DNA from: Octopus sinensis
Lineage: Eukaryota
Length of the DNA: 31,114 nucleotides
NCBI RefSeq assembly: GCF_006345805.1
Contig: NW_021832291.1
Span: 1-31,114, forward strand
Direction: 5' to 3'
Part shown: one piece after another, positions 1 to 12,251 of the stretch
Position numbering within the stretch: the first letter of the stretch is position 1
How the letters are laid out: each line of letters begins with the position of its first letter
Position numbers and translations under genes: made by a program
The notes under the pieces: generated by a model
Database searches by the model: none
Told to the model about the DNA's origin: nothing
What the model saw: the letters and a program-made list of their open reading frames with translations, nothing else

Positions 1-592
1 ATTGAGAGCTGAAAAAATAAATTAAAATGAAATAAGGAACCTACTTATATGTTTCAGTCTTATCTTCTACTTGCCAATTTCGAAACATTTGGTTTAATGT
101 TAAGAAAGTTACCATATTCAGACTATACGGTGGTAAGCGGCAGGACTTCTTCAGGGTTAATATAAAACTCATAGAACGTTAGATAGTCATTTTTTTCTTT
201 TGAGGAAAGTATAGATTATCGGTATGTTGAAAGTTAAAAACTATATATTGAAAGTGAATTTGATTGATGGGCTTTATATATTTGTAAACATACTATATAC
301 TTTATATTATAATTTGAATTCAGAAATATATAAAAACTCATCAATCAAATACACTTTCAACAAATAATTTTTAACTGTCAACCCACTAATACACTATGTT
401 TCCTTAAAAAAAGATTACTTGATGTTCCATGAGCTCTATATTAACTCAGAAGAAGTCCTGACACCATGGAGATTGAATATCGTAACTTTCTTAATGAACC
501 AAATGAATCGAAATTCACATCAACTAGATGATAGGACTGAAACATATATGTAGGTTCATTATTTTATTTTAATTTATTTTTTGAGTTTTGAA
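1..592. mobile_element. Fold-back/MITE-like long inverted repeat (arms ~1-283 and ~324-592); may extend beyond the left window edge
   Basis: The reverse complement of 324-592 aligns with 1-283. Example blocks: ttaagaaagttac(c/g)atattca, caggacttcttc(a/t)g(g/a)gttaatata, gactgaaacatata(a/t)gtaggttc and ttgaaagtg(a/t)atttgattgatg. Spacer ~40 nt; roughly 80-85% identity by eye. Confidence 0.8.
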
Positions 593-659
593 CCTGTAAT
601 CAAGTTATTTGTACTGGTATCGCTTTTTATTCCAAAGAAACTGTCATCTTTTTGCAACA

Positions 660-930
660 TGCAATCGATTCAAACCCCGAGCGGGGGAAATCATTGCCGA
701 GAAGCAAGCAGGATTCAGGGTGGGTCGCTGCACAATAGAACACATTTTTAATTTAAGAATTCTTTGTGGGTGCTATCTCAAGCACCAGCAAGAATTTTTT
801 CGTGTGTTTCTGGACTTCAGAACACAATCTTTTCGACCATGGGGCTATATAACATCAACGCGAATCTCATTCGTGTCACTAATAGTCTGTATGATAAAGC
901 ATGTAGTGCGGTTTACCTTTACTTTTAAAT
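660..930 (+). pseudogene. Non-LTR (RTE-like LINE) reverse transcriptase fragment
   Basis: ORF 609-962 contains EKQAGFRVGRCTIEHIFNLRILC...VFLDF, matching the QAGFR..RST..QIF.LR and F.DF.KAFD RT motifs. It degenerates afterwards. Confidence 0.8.
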
Positions 931-1574
931 TTATTGTACAAAACTGTTCAGCAAATTTGTAAGTTTGTCTAATTAGTCACGGTTTTCTGTATTTGAGGTA
1001 GTAAATTAGCTAAACACTATACTTAAGTAAGTATAGTGTTATTTGTAAGTTTTACTATTTCGTAAGTTTTGCTATTTAAATTTTAATTTTAGCTGAAATA
1101 TTTTAAATAAAATGTTTCTCATTCTCTCATGGTTTCTGATTTTATTTTATTATCATGTACATTGTTTTGCCTTGGTATAAAAAATGGGCTACAGCAAATA
1201 TTCGGCTCAACACCACAGATTTGTTTGTCAGTTGTTTGATCTTAACCAGTTGAGCATGCTCCTTTGTGGTTGATGATATGTGCAACTCTGCTCGCGTGCA
1301 GTAGTAGTAGGGGACCATTACAGCTATTCTTTGGGGTTCGAATAATTCACCTCTGGAAACATTGGTGTTTTGTTCATCATTCTTAAACAAACTTTATTCA
1401 GGGATATTTTTGAGCGGGTTTGGCTAATCTACCTGAAGAAAATTCTAACTGGGCCCCATTTGCAAGGTCATGCGCTGTTAATCTTGACATGAGATCATCC
1501 ATGTCGCTCATATATGGTTGTGATGCATGTGCCTGTGGCACACTTATCAGACGCATGCACTAATCTCTCACTCA

Positions 1575-1575
<1 letters not shown>

Positions 1576-1637
<62 letters not shown>
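1576..1637 (+). repeat. (TAA)n microsatellite, possibly the tail of a retroposon ending at ~1575
   Basis: About 20 near-perfect TAA units that start abruptly after non-repetitive sequence. Confidence 0.85.
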
Positions 1638-1640
<3 letters not shown>

Positions 1641-1960
1641 GACACTGATCAACAGAATATAAACGTTACTGTCTAGCATAGAATCTTAGAGCAGTTTGAG
1701 ATTAATTTTGGGGTGTTGATTCTGAAACTGACAACTTTGCCTTTCGAATAATGGCACCAAGATGCCTAGGCCCTCATGGGCCAACATCCCCGCCCCTTGA
1801 TTGGAAATAGACCGTCGCACGTTTTCACATTTATATGAACTGAAGCTGCGTGAAATGATGTATTTTGCTCAAGAACACAACTCACTGGTTGGTCAGGAAT
1901 CGAAACCACTATCCAAAGATTGGGATTCCAACACACCCAAACACTAGACCACGCGCATTC

Positions 1961-2043
1961 ACATACATGCACACATACATACATACATACATACATACAT
2001 ACATACATACATACATACATACATACGTACGTGTATATATATA

Positions 2044-2076
<33 letters not shown>
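1961..2076. repeat. (TACA)n/(TA)n microsatellite
   Basis: Visible directly in the sequence. Confidence 0.9.
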
Positions 2077-2081
<5 letters not shown>

Positions 2082-2739
2082 CCCCAAATTAGGGAATGGA
2101 GTAGATAAAATCGAGACTACATATGTTTCATAGCTAGTTGAACTTCGGAAGTAGTATACTATCCAAACGAGGTGTAGACCGTAAGCTATTCTTCAGGCAA
2201 AGCATATATTGATGATATGATGTTTACATTGTCAGTAGGAGATCCCGTGTTAACCCGTTATATAAAAAATAAAATAATCAGCCGACGTAACACTGTTTCA
2301 AGGCCCGAAATGATTGTTTCTTGGCTTTATTGGTCACGAAACTTGAGACTCACTGTACCACACACACACACACACTTATACACATGCGCATGCGCAATAA
2401 CGCGCACATACACGCATACATATTTGGAGTTTGCGTAAATGTGTACTTTGTCACTCTCGTTCTGGATCCGGCTCTCTACGTGTCTTTTCAATCTTTCTCC
2501 ATAGAAAGGATCGCCACCCTTAGCGGGTATATCAACATTATGAAAAGATAATGGTGACCAATCCTGCTAGAGAAGTGTAGCTACCGAGACTTCGAAGTCA
2601 CTATCAGTCTTCTCGCAAATATGTATATATGCATATATAGATACACATCTACGCACACCCATGAAGTTACATATGCATATTCATATACATACGCGCACAC
2701 AAAGAAATATACATACATACACTGCATATAAATATAAAC

Positions 2740-2771
<32 letters not shown>

Positions 2772-3289
2772 CTTTATGTGCGTGTGTCTGTATGGGTGTA
2801 CAGACACACAGAAGCGCGCACGCACACACACGAACACATACATAGAGAGCAAGAGAAGCGTACGTAAAGCTACGATATATATTCCTCTATTCAACATTAC
2901 GTCTGCACTATGCATCTCTATTTATGTGTACGAGGTACTCTAACACCACGTTCTCTAGTGAATGCGTCTGCAATTGCCTACACAACGCAATATACATTTG
3001 GCCATGCGTTATAACTCTCTCTATGCGGTCTATCATTTCTCAAGTATTTGCCATTATTTCCTACATAAAACGACTTCAGAACGTTGAGTTCAAGCCACTT
3101 TATTGTTTAATCGATAAGATAGCGTTACCTGATGCTTTAGTCATTAATTAGAAGCAAAATCTATCGATTACGTAGTCTTTTCTATTTATTCTGCCATATC
3201 TATTTCACTAAGATCTCGGTGATCCGTAGCAATAAAGAGATATGTAATATTTGATTGATTGATTTAAATAGACAGTAAATGATACTGAT

Positions 3290-3830
3290 ACATACAGATA
3301 TGTATATACATTTACATGTGTATATATATATGTGTTGGTGAGTATTTAAATGCATATATATATGTGTGTATGTAAGTAAATGTGTGTATATATATATATA
3401 TATATATGTATGGTATGTATGTATGTATGGATGTAACGTGCAAATATATGTGCGTGTATTTGATTTGGTGCAATTTTATCTTCATATGGGAATGTATATA
3501 TACATATACATACATATATATATATATATATCCACATATATATATATATATATACATATATATGTATATATATGTGTATATACATAAACATATACGTTAT
3601 AGTTAATATATATATATATATTTGCATTATGAGTACACATTATACATATGCATAGGACCATACACGCGCTTGTATATGTATGTATGCATATGTATGTATA
3701 TGCATATATATATATATATGAATATTTATATATATATATGTATATATATATATATTTGTATATATGTATATATATATATACATATATACAATATATATAT
3801 GTGTGTGCATATACAAACATATGTATGTAT
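3290..3830. repeat. Degenerate (TA)n/(TATG)n low-complexity tract
   Basis: Visible directly; source of the YI/CV-repeat ORFs. Confidence 0.9.
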
Positions 3831-3891
3831 CTTATGTAATTATGTTCTGTTTTGCTGACGCTGCTTTAAACTATTCCTTTTGTTTCATCAT

Positions 3892-3913
3892 TACCACCAC
3901 CACCACCACCACC

Positions 3914-3945
<32 letters not shown>

Positions 3946-4565
3946 CAACAACAACGCTACCACCACGATCATCATCGCCATCTTCATCTTCATTATCACA
4001 TTCATCAGCGTTTTGCTCTCATTCTCCTATCACTGTAACTAAATCACTTCTTCTTCTTCTTCTTCTTCTTCTTTTCTTCTTCTTCTTCTTATTTCTTCTT
4101 CTTCTTCTTCTTCTTCTTCTTATTATTATTATTATTACTATTGTCATCATCATCATCATCATCATTATCATCATCATCATCATCGTCATCATCATGATTA
4201 TTATTATTATTATAACTAAATCACCTCTTCTTCTTCTTTTCTTCTTCTTCTTCTTATTATTATTATTATATTATTATTATTATCACTATTGTCATCATCA
4301 TTATCATCATCATTATCATCATCATAATCTTCATCATCATCATCGACATCATCATGATTATTATTATTATTATTATTATTATTATTGTTATTATTATTAT
4401 TATTTCCTTACACACATACATAACCACGGACAAAGATAACAAAATCCACACACGAAAGCACCTAAGCGTCTATATGTGAACAGAAATCTTTATCATTTTT
4501 ATTATTACTACCGGTAGCAGTAGTAGTACCAGCAGCAGTAGTAGTACCAGCAGCAGTACTTATTT

Positions 4566-4597
<32 letters not shown>

Positions 4598-4677
4598 TTC
4601 TTCTTCTTCTTCTTCTTCTTCTTCTTCTTCTTCTTCTTCTCCTTTTCTTCTTCATCTTCTACTTCTGCTTCTTCTTC

Positions 4678-4735
<58 letters not shown>

Positions 4736-4933
4736 GTTGTTGTTGTTGTTGTTGTTGCTGTTGTTATCGTTGTTGTTGTTATTATTATCATTATTATTAT
4801 TATTACTATTATGATTATTATTATTTTTCTTCTTATTATTACTATTATGATTATTACTATTATTATTATTTTTATTATTATTATTATTAGTAGTAGTAGT
4901 AGTAGTAGCAGTAGTAATAGTAGTACTAGTTGC

Positions 4934-4966
<33 letters not shown>

Positions 4967-5010
4967 TGTTGCTGTTGTTGATGTTGTTGCTGAAGTAGTT
5001 TTATTTTTAT
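3892..5010. repeat. Compound trinucleotide microsatellites (CAC, CAA, TTC, TTA, CAT, GTA, GTT)
   Basis: Visible directly; source of the homopolymeric ORFs. Confidence 0.9.
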
Positions 5011-5560
5011 CATTATGTTGTGTGCTTGAAACGGTGGCTTTTCTGTGACGTAAATGTCCTGTCTGTGCATGTGATTTGTGTGCGATGTGCAATTTATGCA
5101 CGCGATTACAAGCGAAGCAATTTACGTAAGTCTTTTCGTTAGATGCGAATACGAGGCGTGTGAAATTAGCGCGATACGTATATGCGATGTGCGAGAGAAG
5201 CATTTATGGTTTCTGTTCTTCAATGTTGTTTGTATAGAGCTTGTTTGTATAGAGCTTGTGTGTTTTGCGTATGTAATGTTTGCGTAGTCTAACGTGTTGG
5301 AAATGTTTCGTTCGTGCATACTCGTTGGATGTGTGCGTGTTTGTGGAAAGTATACATGTGAAATATACGCGATGTACGTATGATGCTTGCGGGATACTAT
5401 TGTGAATTGTTTCGCTGTATGTAGTTTCTGGTGTGACTTATGCATTGTGTCTGTGTGTTTGTCTTTGTGTATTTAAAGGATGGGGTGGGGTGTGTAATTT
5501 CTGTGGTTGGAAATCGCTTTTTTACAGAAGTCCCTCGTGTATATAGATATATATATATAC

Positions 5561-5702
5561 AAAGGTAAAAAAATACAAACTAGGACAAGAACGTGAAACA
5601 TTAGAAGACGACACAAAAAAAAAAAAACGAACGGGACATTCGAAGCCTTCAATCTTCAGTCAGGAACCGGATCATCTTCGGCAATTTCGGCTGATTAATC
5701 TT

Positions 5703-5704
<2 letters not shown>
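5561..5704. mobile_element. Short cassette bracketed by (TA)n arrays, possible non-autonomous element
   Basis: About 145 bp of complex sequence with an internal A-run and TA repeats on both sides. Family identity not established. Confidence 0.3.
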
Positions 5705-5764
<60 letters not shown>

Positions 5765-5837
5765 GTACTTATCTCTCGTTGTGTTACTTATTTTTAGGTC
5801 GTTGGTGATGTCCTATTCTTAATGTGTACCATTTTAG

Positions 5838-5884
<47 letters not shown>

Positions 5885-5932
5885 TATATATATATATATA
5901 ATATATAATTATATATATATATATATATATAT

Positions 5933-5971
<39 letters not shown>

Positions 5972-5987
5972 CATATAAATATACATA

Positions 5988-6275
5988 TATCACGTGATCA
6001 CGTGACCGACCAGGCTATCAGATGTTGGTACAGATAGCTGGTCGCAATGCGCGTCGCATTGTTTTTGCCTTCAATGACGCCACCCCGCTGAAGAAAGAGT
6101 GAGAGGAAGATGTGGCCAAACAGTACAGCAGGGACCGCCACCCCACATGCTGGAGCATCGTGGAGCTTCAGGTGTTTTCGCTCAATAAACACTGACAAAG
6201 CCCGGTGTGGCAGTCGAAACCACGATCATACGACCGCGAGTCCGCTGCCGTAACCACTGGGCCATTGCGCCTCCA
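5988..6275 (-). mobile_element. tRNA-derived SINE, family B (variant 3' tail)
   Basis: Minus-strand head tggaggcgcaatggcccagtggttacggcagcggactcgcggtcg has A/B-box-like motifs. Head and body match the copies at 10647 and 30602, but the 3' part differs. Confidence 0.85.
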
Positions 6276-6279
6276 AATA

Positions 6280-6318
<39 letters not shown>

Positions 6319-6572
6319 ATATATATATATATAATATATATATATACACGTGTAGAATGAAATAAAACGATTTCTGTTCAATCTTCGTTCAGCTCCATTT
6401 CTTCAATTCACCAATAATATTTTAATTTCAAATTATCCGCACCAAACGCACGGTTGCAAACACCATATGGTTGTACCTCCAACCGTGCTGTTTTCTGCTG
6501 TGATTTTGCTACCAAGGTATCGGTTAAACTTTTGATTAATCTGCTACAAGATTATTCATCTTTCTATTTCAC

Positions 6573-6619
<47 letters not shown>

Positions 6620-6660
6620 GCACACACACACAATATATGTATGTCTGTACGTGCGTGTCT

Positions 6661-6870
6661 TTGTGACGCTGTCTGTTCCAGCTCCGCTTGATAACCATGT
6701 TTGTGTGTTTACGTCCCCGTAACGTAACAGTTCGGTGAAAGACCCCCATTAGTCGTACCAATCTTAGAAAAATTTCTGCGTTCGATTTGTTCGACTAAAA
6801 TTCTTCAAGGTACTGCCCCGGTTTGGCCGCGAATTTTATGAGCGAAGCACGTAAAAGATAAAGATAAAAA
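6661..6870 (+). mobile_element. Diverged 5'-truncated SINE, family C (3' half)
   Basis: tgtttacgtccccgtaac...gttcgg...ttcgatttgttcgactaaa...gtaaaagataaagataa parallels 29790-29975. Confidence 0.7.
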
Positions 6871-7320
6871 AATGTTTTAGAAATGTGTGTGTGCGCGTTC
6901 ATGTGTACGCGTGTGAGTGCGTGCGTCTAAAATTAGTGTAATATGTCTGGTATCATACTATTATATGGATATTGCATATATGTATGCGTTTGTGTTATGG
7001 AATTTATGCATGTCCGCTGGTGTTTGTGAAATATGTGAAAGGCTCATGTCACGTTGTGTGTGTTTATGCATTTGAAGAAGAGCTAGGCGTACTCTTGTGC
7101 ATGTGTTTTTTTTTGTGTGCGTTTCTGTGTGCGCTTGTGTTAAACAAATTGATCGAATGCTGCGTATGTGCGATTGTGGGTATGAAAAGTATGTACGCTA
7201 TTTCATTGAGGTTACGTTTGTGTGTGTATGTGATTGTGAAAGATGGGTAGGTGTGTAGCCGTAGCGTTTGTGTGCATGTTTTGGAGTGGAGTTGCATGAT
7301 CTATACGTTAAAATATGTGT

Positions 7321-7544
7321 CTGCGTTATATATATATATATATATATATATAAATATACTAAATATATATATAATTATATACATATGTATATATATGCCT
7401 ATATATATACGTATATATATATATACACATAATATATACATACATATATATGTATATAATATATACATATAAACATTATATGTGTGTGCGTATATATATA
7501 TATATATATATATATACGTGTATATATATATATATATATATCTA

Positions 7545-7579
<35 letters not shown>

Positions 7580-7923
7580 GATATATATACACACATATAT
7601 TTATATATATACACACACATATATTTATATATATCGGAACTATATTGTATGCAAGTGCGTGCTTGTGAAATCTTAAAATTTCATGCGTATGTATATATGT
7701 ATTTATGAATGTATGCATGTGTGTGTGTGGATGTGTGGATGCATGTATGCATATATACATGTATGAATCTATATATGTGTGTACGCATGTATGTATGTAA
7801 GTACGTATGTATGTTTGTGTGTATGTATGTATGAATGAATGTGTGTGTGCATGCGTATATGAAGACAAGATACGCGTGTGTTAGTTTGGATCTGTTTGCG
7901 TGTGTATATGTGTCTATGTATGT

Positions 7924-7987
<64 letters not shown>

Positions 7988-8669
7988 ATATATCTACATA
8001 TGTGAGGCTAAATATGAAGTGTATGCTTCAGTTAGCGGTTGTATGTAAATGTGGATACCATTGTGTGTATGTATGCGTGTTTGTATGTGTGTATGTGTGG
8101 TTGTATATACGTGTGTCAATATGTGTGATCTGAACGGTTCAGTTAATAGGTGTGTGTATGTGTGGAAAGCATGCCTTTGTATGCTTGTTTGTATGTGGAT
8201 ATATATGTGTGTGTGTGTGTTTGAATGCGTATCTGTGTATTAATATGTGTGTTTGTGAATATGTGTGACGTGTACGCTTCAGTGCATGGCTTTATGTGTG
8301 CGTCGAAATCATGTGTATGTATATATGCATGTATGTATGTGTTGTTTGTGTGCGTGTATGTGAGTGTGTGTGTGTGAGTGTGTGGTTGTATGTACGTGTT
8401 TTAAATATGTGTGATGTGTACGCTTCAATTAATGGTTACATGTATGCGTCGATTGCATGAGAGTGTCTTTATATGTGTGTGTGTATGTGTGTGTGTGTGT
8501 GCATGAGCATGTGTCTGTGTGTGTGTGTGTGCATGAGCATGTGTGTGTGTGAGGAAAAAAGTGCGTGCGATCTGATATGTGTGTTGTAGCATGAGTCTCC
8601 GAGGAATTCTTAGCTCTAATATATGCGCGGTCATGTAAGCCCAACAAGAGCAGCAACAACAAGAACAAG

Positions 8670-8700
<31 letters not shown>

Positions 8701-8725
8701 CAAACAACAACAACAACAACAACAT
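7321..8725. repeat. (TA)n, (TG)n, (TATG)n and (AAC)n low-complexity block
   Basis: Visible directly in the sequence. Confidence 0.9.
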
Positions 8726-9128
8726 CAGATAGCAAGAAAAAAAGTAAACTGAAACCAAATTCTTTGCAATCTAAATATAATCATGTGAGGTATTTTTGTT
8801 TTATTCTTCTCGCTGGTTAAAAATATGTCTGTCCTCAGAGGAGAGTCAAGGATTTCATGAAAGGTTGTGTGTGTTTGTGCGAAACGGTTAGAACAATTCT
8901 GTGAATATTTCTGACAATAATTTTGGATCTATCTACTTTAATCCTATCATAAGTTTTAAAGATCTCTTAGCGTTGTCAGATTGGGAAGATGGTTTGGTAC
9001 TTGGTTTTTTTTATCACGAGATTTGGGATCTAACGAATTTGGTACTCGTCTTATCTTGTCTCAAGGATTTAGATTTGAAAGATTTGGTACTCGTTTGCGT
9101 ATGTCTTAGTTAAGTACTCTACATTCAA

Positions 9129-9544
9129 GGACGGTGAGTTGGCAGAAACGTTAGCACGCCAGGCGAAATGCTTAGCAGTATTTCGTCTGCCGCCACGTTC
9201 TGAGTTCAAATTCCGCCGAGGTCGACTTTGCCTTTCATCCTTTCGGGGTCGATTAAATAAGTAACAGTTACGCACTGGTGTCGATATAATCGACTTAATC
9301 CCTTTGTCTGTCCTTGTTTGTCCTCTCTGTGTTTAGCCCCTTGTGGGTAGTAAAGAAATAGGTATTTCGTCTGCCGTTTCGATCTGAGTTCAAATTCCGC
9401 CGAGGTCGACTTTGCCTTTCATCCTTTCGGGGTCGATTAAATAAGTACCAGTTACGCACTGGGGTCGATATAATCGACTTAATCCGTTTGTCTGTCTTTG
9501 TTTGTCCTCTCTGTGTTTAGCTCCTTGTGGATAGTAAAGAAATA
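9129..9544 (+). mobile_element. tRNA-derived SINE, family A: one head plus two tandem ~184-bp body units
   Basis: Head gg(a)cggtgagttggcagaaacgttagc; B-box-like gagttcaaattcc; units start at 9178 and 9362. Flanked by tacattcaag (9120-9129) and tatattcaag (9551-9560), a probable TSD. Confidence 0.9.
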
Positions 9545-9788
9545 TAAATATATATTCAAGATTATTTGAGCTTGTTAGCATTGCTTGCTTACTCATGTTC
9601 AAGTTGTTGCAGATTTGATAGAGTTTGGCTGGGTCTGCGAGGGCAGATTTGAGACCAGTTTACTTTTGTCTCGAAGATATAGATTTGAGCGAGTTAGTGT
9701 TCGTTTAGTTCTCGGTTATGTATTGAACATTCAGAAATGTCCGAAAGTTTGGATGAATAAAGGAGACAAGATTTTGTAATTTTGAATA

Positions 9789-10176
9789 CAGTAATCACTC
9801 GCCATATCGCGGTACACCTATCGCGCCCTCAGTACATCGCGGATTTCTCTGACTAATATATATAAATTCATGCTACGGATTCCTCAGCATATCTCGGGGT
9901 CTGCAACCGATAGGTATTTATAACCTTAAAGATTTTAATTATTTCTGTGGTAAAATAAGCATTTTCACGCCTAAAAACTAACAAATCAATATATAATAAT
10001 ACAGTACAGTACCGCACTATATAACACATTAATTGAAATATATCAAAAGAAGATACTTTTCAGTCTGAATTTTTTTTACCGAAAAGGTTTCTCCTATTGT
10101 TTTTTTAGTGCGTAGTTCCCAGAAAATGGACCAAAATCGGTCCAGAGATGGTAGATTGGGAGAATAGGACTGGGTG

Positions 10177-10248
<72 letters not shown>

Positions 10249-10265
10249 TTAATATATATAATATG

Positions 10266-10310
<45 letters not shown>

Positions 10311-11163
10311 AGAGAGATATAAGATATAGATATATAATTTCTCCCCCCAAATTTTTCTTTTAAATGATGCGAACATTTTTCCAAGTGCACCGTGAAAAAC
10401 TTTGAAAATTCATCGCCAAAATGGAGAAATTCCACCTTATATGGGTCACACATCGATGACGACCGCCATATTTTCTATGGTCTATTCCCAATCTGCTAGA
10501 TTAGATCTCTCCCCAATATATTTACGCAACATACAGTTACACAGAAGAATCCGTAGATAAATAAACAAAGAATCGCACATACTGTGTGGAAAACGAAACT
10601 CGCGCGACGAGTGTGTAGTGTCGTTTTGCATTTATAATAAAATGGTGGCACTCCGTCGGTTGCGACGATGAGGGTTCCAGTTCATCCGATCAACGGAACA
10701 GCTTGCTCGTGAAATTAATATGTAAGTGGCTGATTATTTCACAGACACGTGTACCCGTAACGTATTTCTCGGGGAGATTCAGCGGGAGACAGAGTGTGAC
10801 AAGGCTGACCCTTTGAAATACAAGTACAACAGAAACAGGAAGAATGAGAGAAAGCTGTGGTAAAAGAATAGAGCAGATTTCGCCACCATCCACTGCCGGA
10901 GACTCGTGGAGCTTTAGGCCTTTTTCGCTCGATAAACATTTACAACGTCCGGTTCGGGAATCGAAACTGCGATCCCACGACCGCGAGTACTCTGCCTTAA
11001 CCACTGGCCCATTGCGTCTCCACTATAATAAAATAAATATATACAAATTATAAAAATAATAATAAAGACTATATACTACAGTTCTGTTTCTACTTTACGA
11101 TTTTCACCTATCGCGGGGGTTGGGGTTTAGAACGTAAAACCCGCAATAGTCGAGGGATTACTG
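9789..11163. mobile_element. pogo/Tigger-like (Tc1/mariner superfamily) non-autonomous DNA transposon with nested insertions
   Basis: TA + cagtaatcactcgccatatcgcgg at 9789. The reverse complement of 11141-11163 is cagtaatccctcgactattgcgg (~20/24 match). The same left end occurs at 28959. Confidence 0.75.
10647..11023 (-). mobile_element. tRNA-derived SINE, family B, full length
   Basis: Closely similar to 30602-30980; tRNA-like head at the right end. Perfect 11-bp TSD tataataaaat at 10633-10643 and 11024-11034. Confidence 0.9.
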
Positions 11164-11285
11164 TCAGGCAGGAGTGCTTAGTATTTAGTTTACCTTGTCG
11201 CAAAGTATTCAGATTTACTTCGTTAACCAATCCCCCAGTTCTACTTCATCAACAATTTCTCTCTCTAAAAAGGGAGGCAGTATTA

Positions 11286-11675
11286 TCTCTCTATATATAA
11301 AGCTGAAGTTGTCTGTGTATGGCAAGTTCGGTAGCCTTCAACTAACACTATCTCCTCTGAGACCCTGCGGCGCGAGTTAACCAAAATTGAGAGTATGATA
11401 GACGAAGGCTTGCTCTTCCTCCCGTAGAGAAAAAATTCAAATCGGACCATGTTAACACCAAAAATTATTTACATTAAAAAGGTGCTTTTTTTTCAATGAA
11501 AATCCCTATTTTTTACGATTTTTTTACTGCTGTGTCGCCATTTTCCGGTGTTTCAACCAGAAATGTGTTCACTTAAAGAGAATAACAAGCTACATAATGC
11601 AAAAGTTTTACTTTTCAAAAATTCCAATTCTAAAGGGTCAAAACCAGCCCGAGCAACGCCGGGCGATACCGCTAG
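11286..11675 (+). mobile_element. Non-autonomous Helitron
   Basis: A|TCtctctatatataaag 5' end; 3' hairpin cccg-agcaacgc-cggg followed by cgataccgCTAG|T. Inserted between A and T with no TSD. Confidence 0.85.
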
Positions 11676-12251
11676 TCTAATATAAAACGCAGAATGTGAG
11701 ATTTCAGAAGACGCCGCAAAATGACATTTATTTTGCAAACCAACGTCATCCTGTATTGCGATCGCCATTGCTCCAATCATTCACACTATACGAATATGAC
11801 AAATCCAAAGTCGCAGTTCTTCAGAATAAAATGGAATTGTACTGGCAAAGGGGATTATAGGAAACATGCAAGTGATTTTGTGAGACATTACATTAAACGC
11901 AGTTATAGTAACTCCCGTTTGAAGCTAATCACAAATGACAATACAGAAATTAAGTAAGGATGACAAATTTTCACGCCTAATAATAGCGGTCAAAGTAAAA
12001 TTTATGACAGAATTCCTTTAGTGATTAAATTACACAGAAACATCGGAAGTAATTCAAGGGTATTGCATAGCAGTTATCAATATATTTTAACAACTGTGGC
12101 AAATCTGCATCTTTTCCGAGCCGCTGCCGACCGAGAGGCTTCCCTTAAAGGTCCAGCTTCATTTTCGCTGTTACTACTAGAATTTCTAGGCAGACTTTTG
12201 TCTCATGAGCTGTGGTAATGTAATGTCCGTCACCATCGTCATCACTACTAT

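Noticed and set aside
1140-1575. Possible additional SINE/LINE fragments
   Set aside because: They look repeat-like but have no second copy or diagnostic motif within the window, so they cannot be classified without a library search.
5636-5665. Minus-strand CTGAAGA...GAAT-GTC as a hammerhead
   Set aside because: GAAA is replaced by GAAT, stem II is implausible (1-nt loop) and there is no stem I; at most a very decayed relic.
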